A DNA stretch of 64,000 nt, from assembly GCA_963712025.1 (NCBI GenBank), contig CAVQGJ010000004.1, forward strand, positions 49,836-113,835. Direction: 5' to 3'. Shown here in pieces: positions 42,358 to 50,721 of this stretch; positions within the stretch are counted from its first letter, which is position 1; each line of letters begins with the position of its first letter. Origin of the DNA: an uncultured Verrucomicrobiae bacterium. Its GTDB lineage: Bacteria; Verrucomicrobiota; Verrucomicrobiia; Palsa-1439. Both the position numbers and the translations under genes were made by a program. Under the pieces are notes generated by a model. That model was not told the origin of the DNA and did no database searches. It worked only from the letters and a program-made list of their open reading frames with translations.

Positions 42358-43371
42358 ATGGAACCTTCTGGAACGTCGGGGAAACTCATTACGCGGCTGA
42401 TGGCTGTTGTGGCGTTGATCGTGGTGTTGTGGGCCGTTGGTGATCGGCTGAACCACTGGTATCGCAAGCAGTGGCATTTTGTGCCATCGATGCAGGACCT
42501 GGCACCGGTGGATCGATCGACCTGGCCCAAGCCGCCCGTGGCGTGGTCGAATGAATCGGTCGGGGTGCAAGCTGCAACGCCCGACGGATTGAACCTCACG
42601 AATGTCACGTACCTAATCAATTCCGTTGGGATGAAGTTTGTGCGGATCGAGCCGGGCACGTTTGTGATGGGGCTGGACGAGGAATTGTCGAAGGAGGTTG
42701 GGCCCGACAATCCCCTGGGCGGCCCGATGTACGTGCGGCATCGCGTGACGTTGACCAAGCCGTATTACATGGGGGCGTTCGAGGTCACGAACAAGCAGTA
42801 CGATCAATACGACACGCAACACGCGCACCAGCGCCCGAAGTATCAGTTGGTTCCCGATGGCGACAATCATCCGGTCGAACCGATCACGTGGCAGGATGCA
42901 CAACTATTTTGCCGGTGGTTGTCGGCAAAGGAAGGACGCCTCTATCGATTGCCGACGGAAGCCGAGTGGGAGTACGCCTGTCGGGCGGGAACGACGAACC
43001 GCACGTACTGGGGCGGCAACGTCGAGGACCGCACCAAGGCCAACCTGGGCGGGACGGACAAGAAGACCCACGAATCCTACGGCGATGACGGGTTTGAATA
43101 CACTGCGCCCGTCGGCTCGTTTCCGCCGAATCCGTGGGGTCTATACGACATGATCGGGAATTCGTGGGAATGGGTGTCGGACTGGTATTCGGTGTTCGCG
43201 ACCAACGACGTGGTTGACCCGCAAGGCCCGCCGATGGGGCACTGCCGCGCGGACAAGGGCGGCAGTTGGCGTGGCGCGTTGCATTACACAAGCAGTGCGT
43301 TGCGCGACGGAGACGACCCGGGCGATGTCAAAGACATCCGCGGCTTTCGCATCGTCTGCGAAGTCGAGTAG
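42358..43371 (+). CDS. SUMF1/FGE-sulfatase-domain protein, membrane-anchored
   Basis: FEVTNKQY, YRLPTEAEWEYACRAG, PNPWGLYDMIGNSWEWVSDWY, GFRI. Confidence 0.85.
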   Translation: MEPSGTSGKLITRLMAVVALIVVLWAVGDRLNHWYRKQWHFVPSMQDLAPVDRSTWPKPPVAWSNESVGVQAATPDGLNLTNVTYLINSVGMKFVRIEPGTFVMGLDEELSKEVGPDNPLGGPMYVRHRVTLTKPYYMGAFEVTNKQYDQYDTQHAHQRPKYQLVPDGDNHPVEPITWQDAQLFCRWLSAKEGRLYRLPTEAEWEYACRAGTTNRTYWGGNVEDRTKANLGGTDKKTHESYGDDGFEYTAPVGSFPPNPWGLYDMIGNSWEWVSDWYSVFATNDVVDPQGPPMGHCRADKGGSWRGALHYTSSALRDGDDPGDVKDIRGFRIVCEVE

Positions 43372-43377
43372 TCGCGG

Positions 43378-44385
43378 CTACGGCGCTTTCGCGACGAAGT
43401 ACCCGCGGACAACAACCCCGAGAACGCGTTTGTCCGCGGCGGCGACAGGACGCGGCCCGGGTTCGCCTGAGAGTTCCTTGCCATAGGCGTTGCGATAGGC
43501 TTGTTTGCCGGACCGAAACGCGAGGCGAGTGACCAGAAAACCATTGGCGGTCGCCGCTTTACTGTCGGGCTGTTGCAGGATGCGCTCGAGCTTTTCGTCG
43601 AGATTGGCGATGCGAATATGCCACTTCAAGCCGCCAATTCGTTTGGTGGTCACTTCGTGACGGTGCGTCAGGCAAATGCGTGATACTCGCTTGACGCGCG
43701 CCCGCTCAATCTCGGCGGCTCGCTTGTCGATGTCAGCCGCATGGCGCGCCACATCGTTTCCGTAGCCGTCGTAGAAGGCTGTCGTCAACGGGAAACGCGA
43801 ATGGAAGACGGTGATGTGCTCGATCCGCTGCCGCTCGTCGAGTGTGTCATGCAGTTCAGCCTTATCGATGTCGATGAGGCAGAATTTGTTGTCGGAAGCC
43901 GAATACAACACGTTCTTCGGCGAGATATCCAGGTACACGATGCCCACGTCGTGCATTTGTCGCAGGAACTTCCCCAGCGCCATCTGGAACGCCGGTGTCT
44001 CCGATTTGGGATACGCCAGCAGAGACACGTACCCGGGCAGCCCTTCGGTGATCAGCGCGCTTTCCAGCAGTCCGTACCATCCCCAACGTTCTCCGTGCGC
44101 CAGGTGTGGCACCACGGCAATCCCTCGTGATTGGAACGCCGGGGCAAACCTCCATTCTCGCCGGCTCTTGTCTGACCGGATGAAGTACGCCACGGGTGAC
44201 AATCCGCGCCGTTCGTGCAGGTAACGCTTGATGTAGAATTCGCGATTGGCCGCACGGTGCCGGGTCACGGTAGTGGCGGAGGAGGTTTTGACCGGTTCGC
44301 CCGGCTCGTGAAGGACTTCCGCCAGCAAGGCGTCAAACTCGGGCGCGACCTCCCATGTCAGTCCCTGATGTCGTATCTGAAGCAC
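43378..44385 (-). CDS. LPS kinase family (Kdo/WaaP-like)
   Basis: FYIKRY, SRREW, MHDVGIVYLDISPKNVL, LIDID. Confidence 0.75.
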   Translation of the reverse strand: MLQIRHQGLTWEVAPEFDALLAEVLHEPGEPVKTSSATTVTRHRAANREFYIKRYLHERRGLSPVAYFIRSDKSRREWRFAPAFQSRGIAVVPHLAHGERWGWYGLLESALITEGLPGYVSLLAYPKSETPAFQMALGKFLRQMHDVGIVYLDISPKNVLYSASDNKFCLIDIDKAELHDTLDERQRIEHITVFHSRFPLTTAFYDGYGNDVARHAADIDKRAAEIERARVKRVSRICLTHRHEVTTKRIGGLKWHIRIANLDEKLERILQQPDSKAATANGFLVTRLAFRSGKQAYRNAYGKELSGEPGPRPVAAADKRVLGVVVRGYFVAKAP

Positions 44386-44483
44386 GGGGCCATCGTAGGG
44401 AAGTTGGCCGCAGTCGTCAACCTGCCGCTACCGCGGCGATGCTTTGTTCGGATTACCGCCGCCACTTTGGCGAACGCGAACCA

Positions 44484-45413
44484 CTAGGCCGGTTTCTGCG
44501 CGACGAACGAGATGTAGTCGGTCAGGTTCCGTTCTTCCAGCACGCCGTGGAACCATCGTTGCAGCGCCGAGGGATTGACGTTGTATTTCATCTTCGACCA
44601 CGAGCGGCAGTAGACCAGTTGCAGGCGGCTCTTGTCGATCATCCGGCGCAGGCTGTTCTCGTCGAAGATAAAAACGTGGTGCGGAATGCCGAAATGCTTG
44701 AATTGCTTGCGGGCGAAACCGTGCCGGTTCAGGAACGTCTTGTAGCGATTGGACAATCCCCGCCAATTCGGCACCTGCCCGAAGAGATATCCGCCCGGCC
44801 TCACGATCCGGTGGATCTCCGCCAGAATCTCCAACGGATTGTGAACGTGCTCGAGGACGTCCCAAAAGATGACGCCGTCGTATTCGTTGTCGGGAAGACG
44901 CATGTCCTCCAACCGCCCCTGGCGCAGGGTCAGGCCAAGTTTCTCGCGGGCGAGTTTCAAAAACCGCGTCGAGATGTCGATGCCGTCGGCGCGAAAACCC
45001 CGCTTGTTCGCTTCGTAGACGGTCAGGCCGAATCCGCAGCCAACATCGAGGATCCGCGCGCCGAGCGGCAGGTATTCGGCGATCAAATCCAGCAACATCC
45101 CCTTGACCTTGTAACTGGTCATCGGCCGGACATTATACCCTTGTTGCTGTTTCCACTTCTCGTAGTCGAAGTTTTCAAAGACCGAGACGTCGGAATAATC
45201 CTCGCGCTCGTAGATCGCCGCCAGCTTGCGCGCCGAAAACCGCGGCGACGTAAAGATCAGGCCGCATCCGTCGCAGAATCGGATGCCGTGGCCGTCCTGG
45301 CGTTGAAACAGCAGGCGGCTCGGCGCGTTCTGTCCGCACGTCGGGCAGGGCACTTCATCCCAATCGGATGAAACACGCGCCGGCTCGGTCGTCGTGGGGC
45401 TGGCTGGTTGCAT
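44484..45413 (-). CDS. Class I SAM methyltransferase with N-terminal Zn ribbon
   Basis: CPTC...CDGC, ILDVGCGFG, DVLEHVHNP, VPN. Confidence 0.85.
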   Translation of the reverse strand: MQPASPTTTEPARVSSDWDEVPCPTCGQNAPSRLLFQRQDGHGIRFCDGCGLIFTSPRFSARKLAAIYEREDYSDVSVFENFDYEKWKQQQGYNVRPMTSYKVKGMLLDLIAEYLPLGARILDVGCGFGLTVYEANKRGFRADGIDISTRFLKLAREKLGLTLRQGRLEDMRLPDNEYDGVIFWDVLEHVHNPLEILAEIHRIVRPGGYLFGQVPNWRGLSNRYKTFLNRHGFARKQFKHFGIPHHVFIFDENSLRRMIDKSRLQLVYCRSWSKMKYNVNPSALQRWFHGVLEERNLTDYISFVAQKPA

Positions 45414-45512
45414 CCGGCGAAAATATCCCACCACGCGCCTCGAGGCAAACAGGAATCTCGACGGAGAATCGGCTGGATACAAGATGCCGAGTTGGTTTAT
45501 ACGGTCTGTGTC

Positions 45513-46337
45513 ATGGCGTCTGTGCAAACGCAACCAGCCACTACGGTCGTCGGCCAGCAACCCCTGCCGATTTCCGTATCGGTTATCACCCTGAATGAGG
45601 AACAGAACCTGGCGCGCTGCCTGGAAAGCGTGCGCGGTCTGGCAGTCGAGATCGCTGTGCTGGATTCCGGGTCGGTCGATCGCACCGCGAAGATTGCCGG
45701 TGACTTCGGCGCCATCTTTGAGACCCAGCCGTGGCAGGGGTACGTCGCGCAAAAGAACGCGGCGCTACGACAGTGCACCCAACCGTGGGTGCTGTGCCTG
45801 GACGCCGACGAAGCCCTGTCACCGGAGCTGGCGCGGTCAATCCGCCAGTTGTTTGCTTCGGGCCAGCCGAAGGAGAGCGGGTTTTGGATGAATCGCCGGA
45901 CGTTTTATCTTGGCGATTGGATCCGCCACGCGTGGTCTCCGGAGTGGAAACTGCGGCTGGTCCGACGAGACGGCGCTGAATGGCTCGGAGGCGACGTGCA
46001 CGAACGGCTGGAGGTGCGGGGCGCAACCAAGCGGATTTCGGGCGACCTGTTGCATTACCCGCCGTTTCGTGATTTCCACGACCACGTCACCAAGGCGATC
46101 AAGTACGCCCGGATCGCGGCGGATTCGTATGCTGCCTCGGGCCATCGCGCCCACCTGTATGACCTGGTGCTGTCGCCGGCGGCCGTGTGCTTCAAACACC
46201 TCGTCGTCAAACAAGGCTGGCGAGACGGCTGGCGCGGTTGGTTGATTCTCATCGCCAGATTGGTCAATGTTCTCGCCAAGTACGCTTTTCTGCTGGAGAA
46301 ACAGCACACGCCGCACGAGTTCACCCGGCGCTCATGA
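45513..46337 (+). CDS. GT2 glycosyltransferase (LPS core WaaE-like)
   Basis: VITLNEEQNL, LDSGSVDRT, QKNAAL, LDADE, VHE. Confidence 0.88.
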   Translation: MASVQTQPATTVVGQQPLPISVSVITLNEEQNLARCLESVRGLAVEIAVLDSGSVDRTAKIAGDFGAIFETQPWQGYVAQKNAALRQCTQPWVLCLDADEALSPELARSIRQLFASGQPKESGFWMNRRTFYLGDWIRHAWSPEWKLRLVRRDGAEWLGGDVHERLEVRGATKRISGDLLHYPPFRDFHDHVTKAIKYARIAADSYAASGHRAHLYDLVLSPAAVCFKHLVVKQGWRDGWRGWLILIARLVNVLAKYAFLLEKQHTPHEFTRRS

Positions 46338-47773
46338 ACGTCGTCGTCATCTGCTCGGACACGTTTCGGCACGATCACCTCGGGTATCTGAAAAGACACG
46401 AGGTGCAGACGCCGAATCTGGATCGATTGGCGGCGGAGAGCGCGGCGTTCAGCGATTTCTGGCTGTGCTCCTTTCCGACGCTGGTCAATCGCATCGAAGT
46501 CTTCTCGGGTCGGTATACGTTTCCCCTGTTGGACTGGGGGCCGCTGCCCTACGAATTCCCCGTCTTGTCGGAGGTCTTCCAGCACCACGGATTCACCACC
46601 GCGCTGATTGCCGACAACCTGCATTTGTTCGAGAAGAACTTTGGCTTCAAGCGGGGATTTGATTTTGTAAGACATGTCCCCGGTCAGACCCATGAGGATT
46701 TCCAGCCATCCTCGACGCCGATGATCGATCTGGCGTGCGCCCCGGAAAAGCTCGAGCCACCACAGCGCCGTCTGGACCGTTATCGCCGCAACACGTATTG
46801 GTATCAGCAGCAGGGCACGAACACGACGGCCACAGTCTTCCGCTCGGCCATTGAATGGTTCGATAAACCACCGGAGAAGTTTTTCGTGTGGATCGACGCG
46901 TTCGACCCCCATGAGCCGTGGGACGCGCCCACCGAGTTTCTCAAGCCCTATCCGTGGGACGACAAGGGGGACGCCGTGTTCTGGCCGAAATCCGGGTATG
47001 CCAACAAGTATCCGGAGGCCGACCTGACCAACATGCGCAGCTTGTACAGGGCGGAAGTCACACAAACCGATTTTTGGGTGGGAAAATTGCTGTCGCACCT
47101 GCGGGAGAAGGGGCTGCTGAACCAGACCGTCGTCCTGTTTTGCTCCGACCACGGTTATTACTTTGGCGAGCACAACCTGCTCGGCAAACCGATGCGCATC
47201 GATAAGCCGACGCCCATCTACGAGGAACTGGGACACTGCCCGCTGCTGATTCGATTCCCGGACGGCGGGATGGCTGGACAAACGATCCCCGGGTTGTGTC
47301 AACCGCCGGATCTCTACGCCACAATCCTGGAATTGGCGGGCCTTCCACAAGTTTCATGGACGCAGGGCAATTCGCTTGTGCCGCGGCTGAAAGACGCGCG
47401 CAGCGGCCAGGCATTCGCCGTGGCCGGTTGCCATCCCCACAGCGGCCGGGTGAGCTGCCTCAGCGTGCTGACCGACGAATGGTTTCTTCTCTACTCTCCC
47501 AAGAAGCAACTCGCCGGTTCCGAGCTCTATCATCTTCCCTCTGATCCCGAGCAAACGCGTGATGTGATCGCCCAGAATCGCGACGTTGCCGAGAAACTCT
47601 TCGAACTGTTGAAGAGCTGGTTGGATACACTCGCCGTGCCGGTCGCGCGCAAAAACCAGCTTCTATACGGCGCGCCGTTCACCCGCTGGAACAACCTGCA
47701 ACATCGCCTGTCCATCTGGGCGAAGCATCGCTCCTACTTGCGACAGTTCCGGGACTACGCTCGCGGCGGCTAG
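46334..47773 (+). CDS. Sulfatase/alkaline phosphatase superfamily protein
   Basis: CSDTFRHDHLG, TPNLDRLA, SFPTLVNR...SGRY, FDPHEPW, SDHGYYFGEH. Confidence 0.85.
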   Translation: MNVVVICSDTFRHDHLGYLKRHEVQTPNLDRLAAESAAFSDFWLCSFPTLVNRIEVFSGRYTFPLLDWGPLPYEFPVLSEVFQHHGFTTALIADNLHLFEKNFGFKRGFDFVRHVPGQTHEDFQPSSTPMIDLACAPEKLEPPQRRLDRYRRNTYWYQQQGTNTTATVFRSAIEWFDKPPEKFFVWIDAFDPHEPWDAPTEFLKPYPWDDKGDAVFWPKSGYANKYPEADLTNMRSLYRAEVTQTDFWVGKLLSHLREKGLLNQTVVLFCSDHGYYFGEHNLLGKPMRIDKPTPIYEELGHCPLLIRFPDGGMAGQTIPGLCQPPDLYATILELAGLPQVSWTQGNSLVPRLKDARSGQAFAVAGCHPHSGRVSCLSVLTDEWFLLYSPKKQLAGSELYHLPSDPEQTRDVIAQNRDVAEKLFELLKSWLDTLAVPVARKNQLLYGAPFTRWNNLQHRLSIWAKHRSYLRQFRDYARGG

Positions 47774-47800
47774 GCGCCAGACCGTGCGCCCATAGAAAAT

Positions 47801-47867
47801 TTGGTGCCAGGGGGGAGAGTTGAACTCCCGACCAACCCCGACACTCCGTGTCGGGGCTGCTCTACCG
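47801..47867 (-). pseudogene. tRNA pseudo-copy with anticodon arm replaced by a hairpin
   Basis: 47801-47835 is identical to 48112-48146 (tRNA 3' 35 nt). GGTAGAGCAG is also retained, and CCCCGACAC-GGA-GTGTCGGGG replaces the anticodon arm. Confidence 0.8.
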
Positions 47868-48104
47868 GCTAAACCACGCGAGTACGCGCTGAGGATTCTT
47901 CCACTTTTTGAACTGTCGCTCCAACGCCCGCGCCTCCGAGAGTGAAACCACTTCGCGACTCGCGACCAGAGCCCATGGTGCGTCGCGGCTCGTTGTGTAG
48001 GTGTGGCCCCGTGCGTGCTCCTCCAATCGCCGGGACAAATCCGTAGTGGATCCGTAGTAGTACCGTCCGGACCGAGACCGCAGGACATACACGTACGCTC
48101 CCAT
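47862..48104 (-). CDS. Small GIY-YIG nuclease
   Basis: YVYVLRS...[15 protein letters not shown]...ARALERQFK; 80 aa. Confidence 0.88.
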   Translation of the reverse strand: MGAYVYVLRSRSGRYYYGSTTDLSRRLEEHARGHTYTTSRDAPWALVASREVVSLSEARALERQFKKWKNPQRVLAWFSR

Positions 48105-48112
48105 AGAAGAAT

Positions 48113-48187
48113 TGGTGCCAGGGGGGAGAGTTGAACTCCCGACCAAGGGCTTATGAGTCCCCTGCTCTACCACTGAGCTACCCTGGC
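48113..48187 (-). tRNA. tRNA with CAT anticodon (Met or Ile2), encoded CCA
   Basis: GCCAGGG/CCCTGGC acceptor stem, D arm GCTC-AGTGGTA-GAGC, anticodon loop CT-CAT-AA, GTTCAA T loop, 3' ACCA. Confidence 0.95.
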
Positions 48188-48210
48188 ACATCTAATTACA
48201 GTAAAGTATA

Positions 48211-48265
48211 TTACAACTATTTTCAATCGGCAACATTTTGTTGTTGTAACCCAATGTTGTAACCC
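48211..48265. promoter_or_regulatory. Short repeats upstream of integrase (possible arm-type binding sites)
   Basis: TGTTGTAACCC at 48242 and 48255, plus inverted TTACAAC at 48211, in an AT-rich gap. Confidence 0.45.
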
Positions 48266-48280
48266 CGTATACTGCAAAAC

Positions 48281-49486
48281 ATGAAGTCCAAGCCCATAAC
48301 TCGGTTCGATCTGCAATACGTTGGGGAAAACCTCTACCGCAACAAATCATCGGGCATTTACTATGCCCTTTTCAAACGTGACGGCAAGCAGATTCGCAAA
48401 TCCCTCAAGACCGCTGACAAGGCGATGGCCCGCCGGTACCTTGGCGACTTGCGAGGTCAAGTCCAACGATTGACGACTGCCGAGGCGAAGTCGCTACCTT
48501 TCGCCGAATACGAAAAGAACGACGAAGGCGACGAGACGCGGCTCGTGGGCGGTCTCGCGGGGCGCTGGCTCAATACCGCCGCCGTTAGCTTGAAGCCCTC
48601 TTCTCTTGACCGCCGTTTGCGCACAATCCACAGCCTGACGCCGTTCTTCAAGAACAAGACGGTCGGCAGCACCAGCAAGCTGGACGTCGAACGGTGGGCG
48701 GCACAACGAGTGACACAGTGTAAACCACGCACTTTCAACATGGAACTTGAGACCCTGAATCTCTGTTTCAAGTACGCCATTGAGCACGGGATTCTCCTGG
48801 AGAACCCCGCCGCACACATCCGCCGCCGCAAAGTGAGCAAACCGCGCCTGACGGTCCCAACGCGGCAGCAATTCAAAGAACTCTTAACCACGATTCGACA
48901 ATGCCGTACCATGACCAAGCCCTGCGCCGAAGATGAAGCGGCCGCCAACCTGATCGAGTTTCTCGCTTACAGCGGTTGCCGCTTGGCTGAGGCTGTCGGT
49001 GACCGTAAATTCGACAAAGACCCGATCACGTGGGGCGATATTGACTTCGACTTGCACACATTCACCGTGACGGGAAAGGGTTCGGACGGAGGCAAGACCC
49101 GAACCGTGCCGTTGTTCCCACCGCTTGAGCGGCTGTTGTTGAACCTCAAGGCGAAGCTGGCGACCCCGCTCCGCCCCGCCGATCCCATCTTCACCATCCA
49201 GTCCGCGAAAAAGGCCATTGAGACTGCCTGTCGTCGGTTGGGCCTGCCGCACTATCACCACCACACGTTCCGTCATTTCTTCGCCAGCAACGCCATTGAG
49301 CACGGCATCGACTTTAAGGTGATCGCTGAATGGCTTGGGCACGCCGACGGCGGCGTGCTGGTTGCCCGAACCTACGGCCATCTCCGCGCCGAACATTCGG
49401 CAGCAATGGCAAAACGTATGGTGTTCGATGCGGTCGCCGAGCTTCCCGACAATATCGTGGAACTGCCCAAGACCACGACTCGGTGA
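48281..49486 (+). CDS. Tyrosine recombinase/integrase
   Basis: FLAYSGCRLAEA (R), GKG (K), HHHTFRH (HxxR), WLGH, RTYGH (Y); N-terminal GIYYA arm domain. Confidence 0.95.
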   Translation: MKSKPITRFDLQYVGENLYRNKSSGIYYALFKRDGKQIRKSLKTADKAMARRYLGDLRGQVQRLTTAEAKSLPFAEYEKNDEGDETRLVGGLAGRWLNTAAVSLKPSSLDRRLRTIHSLTPFFKNKTVGSTSKLDVERWAAQRVTQCKPRTFNMELETLNLCFKYAIEHGILLENPAAHIRRRKVSKPRLTVPTRQQFKELLTTIRQCRTMTKPCAEDEAAANLIEFLAYSGCRLAEAVGDRKFDKDPITWGDIDFDLHTFTVTGKGSDGGKTRTVPLFPPLERLLLNLKAKLATPLRPADPIFTIQSAKKAIETACRRLGLPHYHHHTFRHFFASNAIEHGIDFKVIAEWLGHADGGVLVARTYGHLRAEHSAAMAKRMVFDAVAELPDNIVELPKTTTR

Positions 49487-50024
49487 GGCCAGTCGGCTGC
49501 GTCTCGAATTCATCCCGGATTTGCGGGGACTGGACGCATCAGTCGAAATAACAGCGGCTGAATATGAAGTGGCCATGCCAATTGTTCCAGTGCTGTGAAG
49601 ACACTGGCTAAGGGGGGATTTGATCACGAACGCCCTTGCGAAGTTGTTCCCGTTTGGGAACAAAATTATCCTTGTGACGGTCGGCGTGATGTTGCTCCAC
49701 CGTGAAACCCTAGAAGCCAGGCCGTTGGCGGAGCGAGCACTGTCCAGGTGGAGGCTGTCGTTTGCACTACCTTGACAGCGCACAGCGAGCCGTACAATGG
49801 AGGCGGGATTCACGCAAGCCTACTGGAGCCCAGCGCGAATGCGCTCCATGATTGGGATTGGGGAAAGCGATGTGCCCCGACATCCGCTGTCGGGGGACAT
49901 CGAGGGCGGCGTCGAATCGTCACCGGCAAGGCCAATATCTTCGGGCTTTGCAGCGGAGCACCGCCGTTTGTGCCGGAGCGAAAAACACGAAGTCGTTGGC
50001 TGGCCGTGCGGGTGGTTGCGGTGC

Positions 50025-50171
50025 ATGCGGCATACCGATTTTAAGCACCAGTGTGGTGTGGAAACCGCAACTCGCGATCTCTACGATTTGGTGAAGAAGA
50101 AGGTAATCGTCAGTCGCGCTCGTGGCCGAGGCTGGCACTTCATCACGGCGCGGAGAATGCCTCAGAAATGA
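50025..50171 (+). pseudogene. Winged-HTH-like remnant
   Basis: ETATRDLYDLVKKKVIVSRARGRGWHF resembles DeoR-type wHTH tails; no intact N-terminus. Confidence 0.3.
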
Positions 50172-50535
50172 CTCAAATGCCTCACGAACCCGCCCGCAAG
50201 GGGACATTAAGGGGACAAACGGGACATGGCCGCAAGCGCCACACGGACACGCGCCAGAAATGCGCCAGCAAAGGAGATATGAATCCGCACCAATCACCAG
50301 TGGCTTGCTTTGTTTGTAGACCCCGGCTGTGTACAGCCTTTGAGACGCGGGCAATTGTGTATTACGCTCGTTGCGTTACGCTGGCGGCGTAACGCGCCGG
50401 CTCCGGAGGGTTAAGCTTGTACTTGGCCACGCTGTGGCAAGTGGTCAGTCCGCTTTGAATTACCTCGCGAATTCTGTGCTGGTAGCACTGAGTGAATCAA
50501 GTTAATACTTACAGACTCAACCACAGAGCGAGGTT

Positions 50536-50697
50536 ATGAATCGCATCTACCAAGGCCGCGTCATCAAGGTCGAACCGCTCAATGACGGCCAACCGGAGCC
50601 GCTGCCGAAACGGGAGCGGCAGAAAGCCTCCTGGCAACGCCACAAATTTTTCCGGAACGCCGTCAACTATCACCCCCTTGCCTCCGCCGCATATTGA
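50536..50697 (+). pseudogene. 53-codon relic of a Cas12b N-terminus
   Basis: MNRIYQGRVIKVE...WQRHKFFRNAVNYHPLASAAY*; matches my recollection of PVC Cas12b N-termini (NRIYQGRV...LWQHHELFQ.A.NYY). Not in the ORF track. Confidence 0.7.
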
Positions 50698-50721
50698 GAT
50701 TTCGAAAGGGAAGTAACCCAT

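Noticed and set aside
42358-43371. True formylglycine-generating enzyme for the nearby sulfatase
   Set aside because: It lacks the catalytic cysteine pair after the GGS motif (KGGSWRGALHY), and the sulfatase-like protein lacks CxPxR.
246-47350. Many long antisense or alternate-frame ORFs (e.g. 246..1901+, 4031..5464-, 6521..7744-, 12844..14208-, 28038..29114+, 46055..47350-)
   Set aside because: Shadows of well-supported genes in high-GC DNA; no motifs.
48105-48191. N-terminal extension of the GIY-YIG ORF ([10 protein letters not shown]...)
   Set aside because: It is the tRNA read as codons; the real start is likely ATG 48104.
49490-50020. ORFs between integrase and cas region
   Set aside because: Several overlapping short ORFs with no motifs or start context; probably decayed sequence.
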